From: an uncultured bacterium
GTDB taxonomy: Bacteria > Bacillota > Clostridia > Christensenellales > Borkfalkiaceae
Reading direction: 5' to 3'
DNA length: 64,000 bases
Assembly: GCA_949746255.1 (NCBI GenBank)
Contig: CATKAP010000212.1
Location: 1,689 to 65,688, forward strand
The translations under genes and the position numbers were made by a program. Position 1 is the stretch's first letter, and each line of letters begins with the position of its first letter. Positions 48,001 to 57,800 of the stretch are shown here, piece by piece. The notes beneath the pieces were generated by a model, which saw only the letters and a program-made list of their open reading frames with translations, made no database searches and was not told where the DNA came from.

Positions 48001-48636
48001 AGTTTCGATATAACTGCCGTATTTTGCTATAAAATCAGACCAGACGGGAGCCGCCGCTCCCGCTGTAAGCGTAGTTGCACCCGCAGTAGCGGCATAAGAC
48101 GAGCCGACAAGCTGACTTCTTATGTAACTTGAAGAATACATGCTTGAAGGATAAGCGTGATTGGTGGTCTTTTCCGACCATTTATTCCACTGCACGGCAT
48201 TTTGTCCGTCCGTTTGGATAGCGTCAGAAAGCCATAATGTAACGATAATGTCGTCCCTGGCCCCGCCGCCCGTATAACTATCCTTATTAATTTTACTTGT
48301 CATAACAACGTTCCATTCCAAACCGCCGAGTTGTACACGCGTATTTGAATATTGTTGCGTTGAAAGCGAAACCGCTAAATAATCGGACAATTCTTGATAA
48401 GTCAAAGTTTCATTGCCGCCAAGGAAATTAATTAGCTGACCTATACCTTTTAAACTGATACCGTTGTTTTCGGTATCCAAATCAATATAGTTACCGTGAC
48501 CCTTGGCTTCAGCGGATTTATTGTTAAATCCGAAAAGACCCGTAAAGGCAACGCACAGGCAACAAATAAAAGTAAGACACAGTGTGAGAATTGCGCCTAA
48601 TTTTGCGTTTTTTAAATATTTTGTTCTTATATTCAT
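39007..48636 (-). CDS. Giant surface/secreted repeat protein C (3209 aa) with three head modules and no C-terminal anchor
   Basis: ATG 48636 has GAGGT 8 nt upstream. After the signal/anchor (LGAILTLCLTFICCLCVAFTGLFGF) come three ~290-aa head modules ending RPAFHLNL, RPAFHLDL and RPAMHLNI. The adaptor is KLTRDW...ILDLNGYRIDRNL. About 430 aa of beta-helix-like repeats follow, then about 1700 aa of YNG/YDG Ig/MBG-like modules. The protein ends ...PPQTGGDGDEQPEVTE without a TM helix. Confidence 0.95.
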   Translation of the reverse strand: MNIRTKYLKNAKLGAILTLCLTFICCLCVAFTGLFGFNNKSAEAKGHGNYIDLDTENNGISLKGIGQLINFLGGNETLTYQELSDYLAVSLSTQQYSNTRVQLGGLEWNVVMTSKINKDSYTGGGARDDIIVTLWLSDAIQTDGQNAVQWNKWSEKTTNHAYPSSMYSSSYIRSQLVGSSYAATAGATTLTAGAAAPVWSDFIAKYGSYIETPASTTRQETQNSTNIGYSAYYSPNECWGDPLGNNTWYTSGSDVNMDFTSKSGYTDWKNDKLWIPSLRETGMTENSVGLWVTSKHSRSTSTGESTWLRSSGVGVYGTGASSVLALQAGGDYYDGTVRVTEEMAVRPAFHLNLKKAWQAAETQTIDLGDNGNFNKDGLSELYTAIGGQGVSSYADLSRTIGYLGSVDATSIGTKVVLNGLEWNVVYGSKTKDGRVIATLWLDDVCFTDGQNAVQWNKWSANNTSYSYPSNMYSSSYIRSQLMGTSYAATMGATTLTAGTAAPVWKDLRDKYGAYMVAPANVAWQQDGLSSVTLLGGANLNPNDAYGTPAEGTWYNKNGVNMNFTSKVGYTSWQNDILWAPASTETGTTTAISGFWNLPGSMRKSNLSSWLRSGRNYRADHVYFLKQNGSLDVDNETLLVATNSYAVRPAFHLDLAAASNEVNLSTDDNNIGDIYNDTKGAPNASTLTAFYSAVMENGSTYSALNQYLRSNGELSSEDIRKNNDGANIMLNLGGMEWDVTYLSKTRSGDIIATLWLEDIPAGQEKVSFNNSANASTSYSFPSNMYSTSMARAYISGTSYPENYDSTTLTDGSSLQQEIWKTLIEKYSQYMVAPINVEWQENQSAQDILSWMFNLPNEAYGTPSGGYFYSNNTVNMDYSFKQGYNDWANDLLWLPSFSETGTGTEGGIWKTNLEQRSFNGQKNDYIYVRSGRGWSANGPHLLGHTGSINVTSSTSKYYLRPAMHLNITKLAKEAKDSYFTNDNSAIINEWNAAVQQSLTNRGSAVTVKLTRDWLAMPDETFTTSFGTGVGFYNGSICVPKGANIILDLNGYRIDRNLLNVENGLPDGRCITLFGDFTLNDSFGGGAITGGNAAKEAGAGKGPTRVGGGVCVGGGAKFIMNGGNIAGNIAFNAGVYVNGSGTKFIMNGGVIANNKCYQNGSAIFVSGGGLVEINEGEISFNMAGISSGGSAVIAYAGGSIVMNGGIICYNRDRVANSHGGGVRVDADGNTIISSFIMNGGEISYNQTLRGGGLAAINHAYVVINGGKINKNISDSHGGGISLANGTFIMTGGSVLNNLSSVNNGGGIYSYGATITLSGGEIIGNTAKQFGGGVAMEGGSIVIDGGKISGNKAYIAGGLDSRAATVTMSGGVISENTCELDVGGLFVHNEGSVFTMNGGAIRNNVSPGTGGGFAVTNGTFNMNGGIITGNISGNEYGGGGHLAGTTQMNLTGGVIIDNFYDKLNTTSGNRVKEHNDVYVGDLANDAKIVIKKVLSSSTRIGVTSKSGYIVTKGYAAYGHTFANAGKYFTCNYGSFVDASGELKVNGTSSNSVGRRISWQYNDGGQTIPFGDASYISVVHEEGKSYTISNANSTPFAIADETGRPVTALNKVGKYYINATSSGVADNPAVVFEILPENISIAEISVGNVIYDGTAQIPKVTVTLNGVILEEGKDYTVSASNNVNAGTAKIYVNGIGNYTGLATAEFEIEQRNLNVRWGDLAVEFNGETRGVTVLPEGLVGNDVVEVILTYTDGDDNYVAAPVNAGIYNVYVTLAGNHNYRLASGIGVITVETFTIVPRTVEAQLEKSESVYDGNAHTVTVYFTDMAGNRQQLVYTISSANLVDGNIVNPGAYTLEISEYSSDRNYRVSSATRTLTYTVNRAEAEWSWDENSLNVVYSGSANVPVLNVTGADGTTEYEFYVGEQKVTEAINAGKYIVHAKLNSSNYVLKGSENGYITAEFTVNKADLTVNLAPSLVYNGEAQNPVTDTLDSNFKAEYAAVTGGTTREYSSNAPVNAGNYILKITDTEGNYNVYEGTFTIERASVTAVWSADPSAIFADGSFVWLYDGKQHAPEATVHGLNRAELEVTVTGGQTNNTGSGTATARALISDDNYTLSNATQTFKILQSRVNAIKWFESDGKEVEGNPSYQYISVYGKDGPGLVAYGVLEARTASAWTGSSELLILLDVTYSTSDGKIPSSGYWDYSTEGVSYTATASLKSSDKANTNCAFLNGITGEALQLDFTVTDLVIVNDTVTVYWVIENEDGTHTVLNGATPVAAVFTYNGEAQAPMAIIPGDGYDPAAPQASKYTVLNVGGARTDAGKYSAFITSTEYNVAKEDGAFAYTITPVVLDSIEWTGNSADGKFEWEYNGTMQGPSAQGVAGGKSWNLGVSGAINAGTYTATAYADKNFTFAAGCEVTHQYTIKKLNINDYVTWSANGGTIKTDGDGTYYEYTLSASNPTAKYGPSASFSLTLNGAVVSGDMNVIGKASREGSYRAYAFVPSDFEFANFAVSEVFAEFRIVRSELPEVHWALGMDGDDIGAEETGNIVYVYNGSVFCPVAYFINDDGEKVRLTVYGSGTNAGAYEAVINDSVNSFANGTVKKFTVQPRAVSVALDESATYTYNGEIIIPKITFTPADGLALALGENDYVVSGATDSGTHSATVKLTNGNYVIDGADTVTFVIEKQEIVITWGTDTSWSYDGKQHVPAVTRATINGATITLADYGISVIGAESGVGVYTARVVIGNSNYSVTNSEKEFSIVKFEITVNWEGNADRDGEFEWSYDGVNAFKPSASFTDWNGDTQSLLVVGGAVDAGTYTATAIAPENCTFKFTSGEHAGTHTFNVVQSEITEIEWVVEGYVSLEDGVYTFDYSGNIPSVKAYAVRSDGENKTRVSELSITGVGSEAGEYTAVAAPANSANSAFAPDIVPEIKVVIKPLEVTVEWEADDDTLPVGLTYTWEYDGKAHTLTATFTGVNGEVFNVPVSGGKVTAVSGDAYIARAEDVFNNYDFDSFRYIRINSAELTVTWTGGTLNDDGAYEFEYNGKAQMPVGTADAEVNFAYTVTDGEGKPVNAIINAGTYNVTAKLIRNNNYTLVADSATVKVVVVPKKVSVQWGKTTLEYTGSAIAPVAWYTDTNKQSVALTVTGATTDVGEDYTAVATITDKNYVFTDGTTTASVTFSIEKTTTDEFEWNFEDNKWQATVPPQTGGDGDEQPEVTE
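44200..45480 (-). other. Beta-helix-like Gly-rich repeat region of protein C (approximate limits)
   Basis: The repeats read GGGVCVGGGAKFIMNGGNIAGN, GGGVRVDADG..FIMNGGEISYN, GGGISLANGTFIMTGGSVLNN and so on. Confidence 0.6.
45741..48490 (-). other. Three tandem head modules of protein C (DUF6273-like; approximate limits)
   Basis: The module ends lie at about 47582-47605, 46680-46705 and 45741-45765. The shared landmarks are LGGLEWNVV, TLWL.D, QWNKWS, YPSNMYSSSYIRSQL, LW.PS..ETG, WLRSG and RPAFHLNL. Modules 1 and 2 are about 80% identical at the DNA level over the QWNKW-to-AAPVW stretch, judged by eye. Confidence 0.6.
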
Positions 48637-48708
48637 ATTTTTTACCTCACTTTATACAAATGTGGTTAATTTGTTAATTTACAAATTATCATGACCGGCT
48701 AACGTTTT

Positions 48709-48743
48709 GCGCCTTATTATAAAATGTTTTTGTAATAAGGCGC
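48709..48743. other. 11-bp stem-loop in the D-C intergenic spacer, no U-tract on either strand
   Basis: GCGCCTTATTA (48709-48719) and TAATAAGGCGC (48733-48743) are separated by a 13-nt loop. The element lies 72 nt downstream of the gene D stop and 73 nt upstream of the gene C ATG. Confidence 0.6.
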
Positions 48744-48814
48744 GCAGACAATTATGCTAAGCCGTAAGCCGAGTAACACAGACGTAATTCATACGAATTA
48801 CCAGAGAAACTCTT

Positions 48815-51800
48815 TTATTCCCCGTCTCCCAAATCGTCGGAATACTCGTCGGTATCGTCGCCGAAACCTTCGTCGTAGCCGCCGAATATGGTTAAACCGC
48901 CTTTATTGCGCCTTGACGCGAGAACCAATATTATAATTATCAATATCAGCAACAGCGCGCCCGCCGCTATAAGCACCCATAACAGCCATCCGGGAAGTCC
49001 TTCCGTAAGCGTAGGCGGAATTTCCGTTCTGTCTATGATAGTTACAACGGTAACGTCGTTTGTATCGGAAATTTCGTAATTGGAATTTTCCACATACATT
49101 CTGAGCGTATGCCCGCCCTCGTCGGTGAAGTTTCCGCTTGCCGCAACAAGAATAGTAACTTCCTGTCCGTTATCCATTATTCTGAACGCCGAATATTCGT
49201 ATTCGGTACCGGTGCCTTTGGTCTTTATCTGCTCGGCGCCGATATTAAGCGTATTAGCCGTTACCCATCCGAACACGTTGGGCGAAGGCATATGTATTAC
49301 GCCCGCCTGATAGTCGTAACTTGCTTCAACTCCCCATTCTACGACAAGTTTTTTAGGAGTTATTACGTATCTTCCCACGTTGGTATCGTCAAGCTGATTT
49401 ATCGCGTGGTAGGAAATATGATATTCCGTAGTGCTGCCTGCGGGCATGTTTATTTCCACTTCGATTGTGTATCTGCCAACACCCGTAAAGGAATTAACTC
49501 TGTTGCCCTTGCCGTCTGAAACGTATGCCGTTGCATAGTGGCGGTATTCGTCGACGCCGATAGTTTCAACGGTTATATAACCTTCGTCAAGCAAATACGT
49601 TGCAAAGTTTTCGGGAACGTTTTTACCGTACTCTATCTCGAAATCTTTGGAGAATATTATTCTCGCAACCTGATCCTCGGGAAGAATGAGCACGCGCCAC
49701 GTGCCGTAAAGCGTTTCATGGTTGGGTATTTCTATTTTATAGTTTATTGCGTATCTTCCGACTTTGCTTATACCGCGGCGCACGGACTGATAAGCGTTTG
49801 CCGCTTCGTCCGAAGGGTCGGGAACGGTTTCCGTTGTGAGGTTATATACCAAATCGCTGTAATAAACGTTGACTATATCCGCGCCCTGATAGCCGTTGTG
49901 ACCTATAAACGTGTACTTTCTCAAACCGTCTACTTCGCTTGTTTCGCCGAGGCGGATATACCAGGGATTACCCACGCTTACGTGTCCGAGGAAGAATTCG
50001 TCCTCGCTCATTATATCGTCGCGTTTGTTTATCGAAATTTCCGCTTTGACTATTTCATAAACGCCGTAAACGTTGTTGCCGTCCGCGTCCTCGCCTTCGC
50101 CTGCAAATATAACTTCGTAATTATTGCCGAAATCTTCGCTGTTCCAGCTTCCGCTGATCATGTACTTGCCGGCGTGCGCGAATCCGTACTCGTCGAACAA
50201 GAATTCGCACGATAGTTCTATTTCCAAATCGTGACGGAGAACGGGTTGTTTGTCGGCGTAATTCCAAACAAGATATTTGCTTACTACCACTTCGTCGCCC
50301 GTTTCGTACACGCGTTTGTAAACTTTGCCGAAAATATCGCCGTCTACAGAGCTTATATTTACGGTTATTTTGCGTTTGTGAATCCGGAACATAACGCCGG
50401 CGTTCTGCAACTGAACGGTACCGTTGGCGTCAACGGCAAGCGCATAGTACGTACCTGCTTCGATTGCCGCGTAAGAAGGATCGGTTATACGCGTATACTC
50501 GCCCGTCGTTTCGTCGTAAGACGCGTAAACAACGTTCAAAGGTATGGGAGTAGAGCTTCCGTCGTTATAGTAGAACGCGGTAGGTTTATACGCAACGCCG
50601 TCGTATTCTGCGCCGAAATCGTTTTCCAGTTTACCCTGCCAAATTACCGTACGGCTTACCGCTTCAACGGTGAGCAGCACTTCCTGCAATGTAAGCGAAT
50701 AGTTTGAAAGCTTGTTTTCAAGCCACTGTTTATTCAATTTTATAGGATACTGGCCGGGAACCGTGCGGCTTGTGTATACGCAACTTATCCAATTAGCCGA
50801 AATTGCAGGATTGTTGAGGTCGAATTCCTGCTCTTCTCCGGCCACAAAGCCGCTGAACGTAGCGGTATAAACGGGTACGGGCGAACCGTACGGAATGGTC
50901 AGCGCGTCCGAAGTTACCGTAAGCGCTTTACGGGAGATAGTGAAAGTTTCTTCGCCGTTTTTAAGTTTGTAGTTGCCCGCCTTAGCGCCGCCGAGCACGT
51001 TTTTAACAACGTATTCGCCCGCGTTTTTAGCGGTAAGACCGGAAAGGGTAGCGCCACCTTTAAGGGCTATACTGTAAGTTATGGTAAGATTACCGTTTGC
51101 AACGTCGTCCGCAAAAGCGTTACCGAGCGAGGGTACGGGTACGGGAGCATGCTCCTTTCCGTCGTATTCCACCGTTTTATTATTCCATTCGGAGGACCAC
51201 GTCCAGCTAACGGGAATTTCGCGCTGAGTTATCGCGTAAGTTTTGGTTGCGGAAGTAAGCGTATAGTTTGTAACGCCCGTTTCCTTGAATTCCGCTTTTG
51301 CGGAATAGGATTTGCCCGCGTTCACGTGCTCGCCCGTAACCGTTACGTTCAACACGATTTTTTCGCCGTTAACGTCTGTATAATAAGCTTCGGGAGCCTG
51401 AGGCAAGCCGTTGTAAACGAATTCCGAACCGCTCCACTGCACTTGCGCCTCGCGGGGCGTAATCACTACGCGAACTACCGCCGAACCTGCGGGAACGGCA
51501 TAATTTCCGTCCTGCGGCGCGGTTTCAAGCTGATATGTGCCGGCGTCTATACTCGCAAGCACAACGTCGCCGAGAGTTCCGTCGGAATTCACACGCTTTA
51601 CAGTTGTTACGAATTCGAAAGGATACGAAGTCTGAGGCAAAGGCTGAAGCAACGTGCCGTCGTAAACAAACGTATAAACCCAAATTCCGTCCACAAGTTC
51701 GGCGGTTGCGCCGTTGGCGTTCCACGTAAACGAGGTGAGAACCATGGGAACTATTTTGAATTCTTGTTCAACCTGCGCGTCCGCCGCAAACGTATAGTTG

Positions 51801-54800
51801 GGAACGAGGTCCACAGCCGTAGCCGTGTAAGTTTCGTCGCCCTGGCAAACCTGCGACATTGCGCCCGTTACAGTAAGTTTTACGTATTCTCCGTCAACTC
51901 TCAAACGAACGAGATCGCCGTTTTCATCCTTTACCGCAAGATATGCGTCGGGTTTGAATCCGTCGGTGTTATTTGCGTCGTACTCCCATTCGAAGTCGGT
52001 TAAACTTCCGTTGTTTCCGTACCAAAGAATATATACGGGAAGTTCGCGGATTATAAACTGCTGGCTTGCGCCGCTTACAATTGTGTAATTTCCGTTATTC
52101 TGCGCCGCATAAGCCGTATATGCCGAAGTCTGCGCGTTTACCGCGCCGCCGGTAACCATAAGCTGCGCGCCCAGGTTATCGGGTTTGTCGGCGTCGTAAA
52201 TATACGCTTTGGGCGCATGTTCATTGCCGTCGTAAGTCCAGACGAAAACGCCGTTTTCTATGGTGTAATCTTCGTTTTCCACTCCGTCCGCCGCCCATAC
52301 CACGGTTATGTTGGCTTTTCTTATATAATAATGTGCCGTTGCGACAGTCGCCTCGTCGCCGTCTATTACAAACACGTAATTTTCGGGGGCGTTAACCGTT
52401 ACGGTATAACCCTGATCCAGAACGTTGATTCCCTTACCGAACACCGTAAGCGATATGGGATTGGTGCCGTCTGTAATGCGGTTGCCGTCGTCGTCAAGCA
52501 TATAAGCCGCAGGTCCCTGCGCCGTGCCGTTATAGTACCAGAAATGTACGTCTCCGTCCTTTTCTGCGCCCGTCCAATCCCAATCAACCGTAACGGGACG
52601 GGAAGTTATCGTATAACCGCGCGAAGATATCGCGTCGGCTATTATAAAGTTTTCGGCAATATCACGGCCGTTCCACATAGCGGAAAGTATGTACGCGGTC
52701 ACGGTGTGACTGCCCGCATAAGATGTAACGCCGTTATAACCAAACGTAAACTCAACTTCGTCCGTGCCGAGCAAATAAGTATATCCGTCCTTGAAACCAA
52801 GTTCGGGCGCATGTTCCGCACCGTCGTATACCCAGCTTACAGTCGAGCTCCAACCGAGCCCGCCCGCTTCCGAAACAACGAGTTTGCTTATGGTAAATTC
52901 GTGAATTAAAGTATTGCTTACGCCGCTGCCGTTCACAAACGTATAGTTGCCGTTCGTCAAGTGAAGCTGCGCGTTGTAAACGCCTGCGTTCGTATACGAA
53001 CTAAGCGTATACTGTCCGGCGAAATCGTCGGTTACGGGGTCTCCCGTGAGTAAATCGTTAAAGGTTACCTTAGGAGACTGCGCCGAACCGGTGTAATCAA
53101 CCAAAGTATTGTTCCAAACCACCGAAAGCTGTCTGGGATTGATAACGAACGACATAGAAGGAACCTTCGAGCCGAAATCGTAATCGGCCGTAACGTAAAC
53201 AACATAACTGCCCGCGTTCGTCATTCTGCCGTTAACCTCAAGGTTATGGCGAACGCCTTCGTTATCGATAAAGTAAGCTACAGGCCCCTGAACTTTGCCG
53301 TTGTACGTATAAACCGCGGGATTATTATCGGTAATATCGTCGCCGTTTTCTTCATACGACCATTTAACGTCGGTTACGGTAACCCGTACTATTTTGAACT
53401 CGCAAGTTGCGTCTTCGGGATTTCTTATATAATAATTGTTGTGCAAGAGGTTGGAATCGTCAAGCGCGGCTATCGCCCAATGCGTTCCCACGGAGGAACT
53501 GCCTATAACTTTGAGCGTAAGGTCGCCGTCGTAAGGCGACTTGAACGTAGCCTTCGGTGCGTGCTGGTTGCCGTCGTAAACGAAAGTTGCGTTTTCTTCC
53601 CAATCGATATCGTCCGCACCGAAACTTACTCTGCCTATTTCGAAGTCGAACGTTGCGCCCGAAACAATTTCGTAATTTGCGTTAACGGAAGCCATAGCGG
53701 TGTGAGGTCCCGCGTTGACGGCGCCCTGAACGGTTAATCCAACGGTAGCCGCGGGAACCGCTTCGCCTTCTCCGCCGTCCACATAATAGCTGACCGAAGC
53801 GACGGGTTTCTTTTCCGTTTTATCGTAATAGAATTTGCCCTGAGTCCAAGTTATTACTATTTTACGTTTAAGCACTTCGAACGCGCAATCGCGTTTTCCG
53901 CTGTAATCGTACTTGTCGGAGGGTAAAAGTCTTGCGTTGTAAGCGCCCGCGTCCACTCCCTCGCCGTCGTAAACTACGTCGAGTTCTTCAACAATGGCTC
54001 CGCTTTCGATATAAACCGCATAAATCTTGTGCGATGTTCCGTCGTATGTAAACGTAAATTTATCACCGCCAAATTCCGCAAGGGTTTTATACGAAGTGTG
54101 CGAATCGTCGTTATAAACTATCCATGTAGGCGTAATTGTAGTTTTGTCACCCGTAATAGAATCTATAAAGAAGATTATAAAAGTTTGAGAATGATTATTT
54201 TCGGAAGAAATATTATCCGCAAATTTATAATTGCGCGCGATATCGGCGGGAATATCCGCATAAGCGGTATAGCCGTTTACGCTGTTTGCCGCCCAATTTT
54301 CGCCGTCGCCGAACTGCGCCGAATAATAAACTTCGTCAAGAGTTATTACCGTATTATTTATACCGGTAGCTTTTGCCGAGAAACCGGGACCGTTAGCACC
54401 CGTAACAGTTCCGTAAACGTAGTGCGGTCTGTCGGAAGAATTGTTGACGATAACGTTACCGTCCACTGTTCTTTCCCACTTAACAGAAGTGATTACGAAT
54501 TTGTTTATTCCGTAAGCCTGTTTGCACTGCGATTCGTCTACGAAATAGAAGTTAACCGAATGTTCGGTTTTAAGCGAAGCCGTGGCGTTTTCGGTACCCG
54601 CCTCGTTTATAATTTCGCCCGTAACGTCAAGGTCGAGAGAAACGGTGCTTCCGTCTATGATAATCTGAGAAACGGGTCTTGCGGTAGCGGTAAGGTAATG
54701 TCCCAAACCGTCGTAAGTCCACTCGATCGCGCCGCTTTCTCCGCGCGTTCCGTTAACGCCCTCAACGTTTTCCGTTCTGCCGCTCCAGCTTACCGTAACA

Positions 54801-57800
54801 CCCATAGGCGCAATGCGGAACTGTCTGTCGGAACCGGAAAGCGAATAGTTTTGGTCGGTTATAAACACCCTTACCACGTAGTTCGCCGCATTGACGGGTT
54901 TTTCGTCCAACCATTCGCCGAACATGCCGTCGCCGAGAACTTCCGCATATTTCACGGTAAAAGGTATTTCCGCGGAATTTGCGCCCAACAACGTAACTAC
55001 GGGCGCCTGCGCGCTGCCGCTGAACGTCCAAACAAACTGGTTGTTATTGTTTGCGTTGCCGGCAAATGCCGGAGTAACCGTCATTTTGACGATATCCATC
55101 TGACAAGAATAGTTATCGCCCAAAACATAGTTAACGCAATTTTCGGGAAGAGAAACTCTCGCCGTATAAATACCTACGTTAACGGGTTCGGAAGAAAGTT
55201 TTTTACCGTTGAGGTAATATTCTATAACGGGTTCTACGTTATCGCCCGAACGCAAGCCGTACAACCTTGCGCTTACCGAACGGTTGCTTCCGTTAAAGAT
55301 ATAAGAAACTTCGTTTACGGGCGCGTCGGTTTCGTCACGCCAGCCCGCGGTAATTATTAAAGGATTGATATAATAGGTTTGTTCTTCGTTGACGAATACG
55401 ATTCCGTCGTCGCCGTGGAACGGGCTGTCATCGGAAAATCTTACGTGCACTGTATATCTGCCCGCGTTTACAGGCACGCCCGAAAGTATCTGATCCGTGC
55501 CCGCAATTGTATAATAGGCTTCCAAACCAATATTACCGACAAGTTCGTTATCGTCTATGCCGTTAACGACGAATACCGGAGAGTGGCTTACCGCGTCGTA
55601 ATTCCAATAATACGCGCCGTCTTTAATTCCCGAAGAGCCGTCAAAATCCCATACGAACGAAAGCGTTCTTCTTAAAATTTCAAATTCCAGAACGCCGTTT
55701 TCATAATTTGCCGCAACGCTGTCGGCAATTTCCAAAACGCTCTTGCCTACGTTCTTTAAAGTTAAATCGTTTTTAAGCGCGACAGCCGTACCGGATACGG
55801 GGTTCATAGCGCGGAATTTGTATTCTTTACCTGTGTAATAAATAACCGTATCTTTAACGTCTTGCCACGTTGCGCCGTTATCCGTTGAATACTGCCATTC
55901 TAAGGTAACTTTTATAATTTCGAATATAAGCGTGGGGTTAGCGTAAATAACCGTTGCTCCCGCGGTGTTTTCCACGGTATAACCGTAACTTCCGATAGCC
56001 GAGAACTCAGAAGGCAAACTTACAGCGTCGCTGAGGCTGGAAGACGTGGGCGCGCTTATAACCACGGTGTTGTTATAACGTCCGCGCACCGTGTAGTCTG
56101 CGCCGATAAATGGCACGCTGAAATACGTTGTGTTAATATCGTGCCAGGTTGCGCCGCCGTCAGTGGAATATTCCCATATAAGAGTTCTGCGCTCCACGCT
56201 ATCAGCCGTACTCAACACGGCTTCTCCCGCAGAATTCTGAGTTATTCTGTATGCGGTATTGTCAGAGAAGAAGTAAGTTAAAGGACTTATACTGGGATTA
56301 TGCGTTTTATAACCCGTCGTAAAAGCTTTATTCAACATTGAAACATTGGTTATACCTATATATGTGGTATTACCGTCGCCGCGCAATTTTCCGATAATAT
56401 TAATAGGGGATCCTTCTGAAACATAGGTATTATTTGAATCTCCGTTCAAGGTGACGTTGCGCGCAATTATACCGCCCGCCAAATTCATACGTCCCGCGCC
56501 GGCAATACGGACACCGCCACCGGTAATCGCGCCGGATTTGTTTTCTATTACTCTTCCGCCGTACATAGTAAACGTACCGTCAACGTTTACGCCGGCGCCG
56601 CCGTGCACCTTTGCTATATTTTTGGAAATAGTACCGCCGTTCATCGTAAATTCACCGACAACGCCAACGCCGCCGCTCCATCTTTCCGCAACGTTTTCGG
56701 TAATAAGTCCGCCGTTCATGGTGCAGCTGGCAGTATTATCTATTACAATTGCACTGCCTGAATCATCGGTATAATTTCCTGTAATCAACCCGTCGTTGAA
56801 AACAAGCGATCCACTGTTGCTTATATATACGCCGCCGCCGAAAACTCTTTTGTTTGCCGCCTCGTCGTATCCTTCAATATGATTGTTGCTAATAGTGCCG
56901 TCCCATATTGTTCCGGTTGAACCGGATAAATGCAAGCCGCCGCCCGATTCCGCTTTGTTGCCGTCGATTTTGCCGCCTCTCATTTCAAAAGTGCCACCGC
57001 TTGAAACGCAAACGCCGCCGCCCGTTCTTGCGGTATTTTTTGAAATTTCACCGCCGCGCAGAGTAAGGTTTACGTTGTTGTAAACAAATATACCGCCGCC
57101 GTAATTTACCGTAGTGTTGCCGGAAATTTTACCGTCGTTTAAAATAACGGTACAATCCGAACGGTACATTTGGGTTACTTCGGCATATAAAGCGTAAAGC
57201 GCGCCGCCCGTGTTGCCCGACGTATTGTTAAGAAATTCGCCGTAATTTATTTCAAGCAAACCGTTGTTTATATAACCCGCGCCGCCGCTTGCTTCCGCGC
57301 TGTTATTGTTGAATTTACCTCCGTTTATAACGACTTCGGAGTGGTATATATAGAAAGCGCCGCCGTTTGTTCCCGCACTGTTTCCGGTAATTTCAATATC
57401 GCTGATTTCTACGTTGGACAAAGTACCGACATATATGCCGCCGCCGCGCGCACCCGCTTCGTTATCGCGGATTACGCCGCCGTCTATAACGGCGGAACCG
57501 TCTTTATCGGCGCCCATTAAATTGAAGAAATAAATTCCTCCGCCGTTTGTAGAAGCATAATTACGCGTAACTATGCCGTTGTCAATATAAAAACTTGCAC
57601 CGTCGTTAGCGCTAGGCGCAGACAAACTTCCGCCCTGTACGCAAATACCGCCGCCGTTGTCGGAGGAGTTTTCCTTTACCGTACCGCCGTACATATTCAT
57701 TTCCGCCTGGAAAACGGAAACTCCGCCGCCTACGCCCGAAGAAGTATTGCCGCTGAATTCGCCGCCGTACATATTAAATACGGAATTGGTGTTTATGTAA

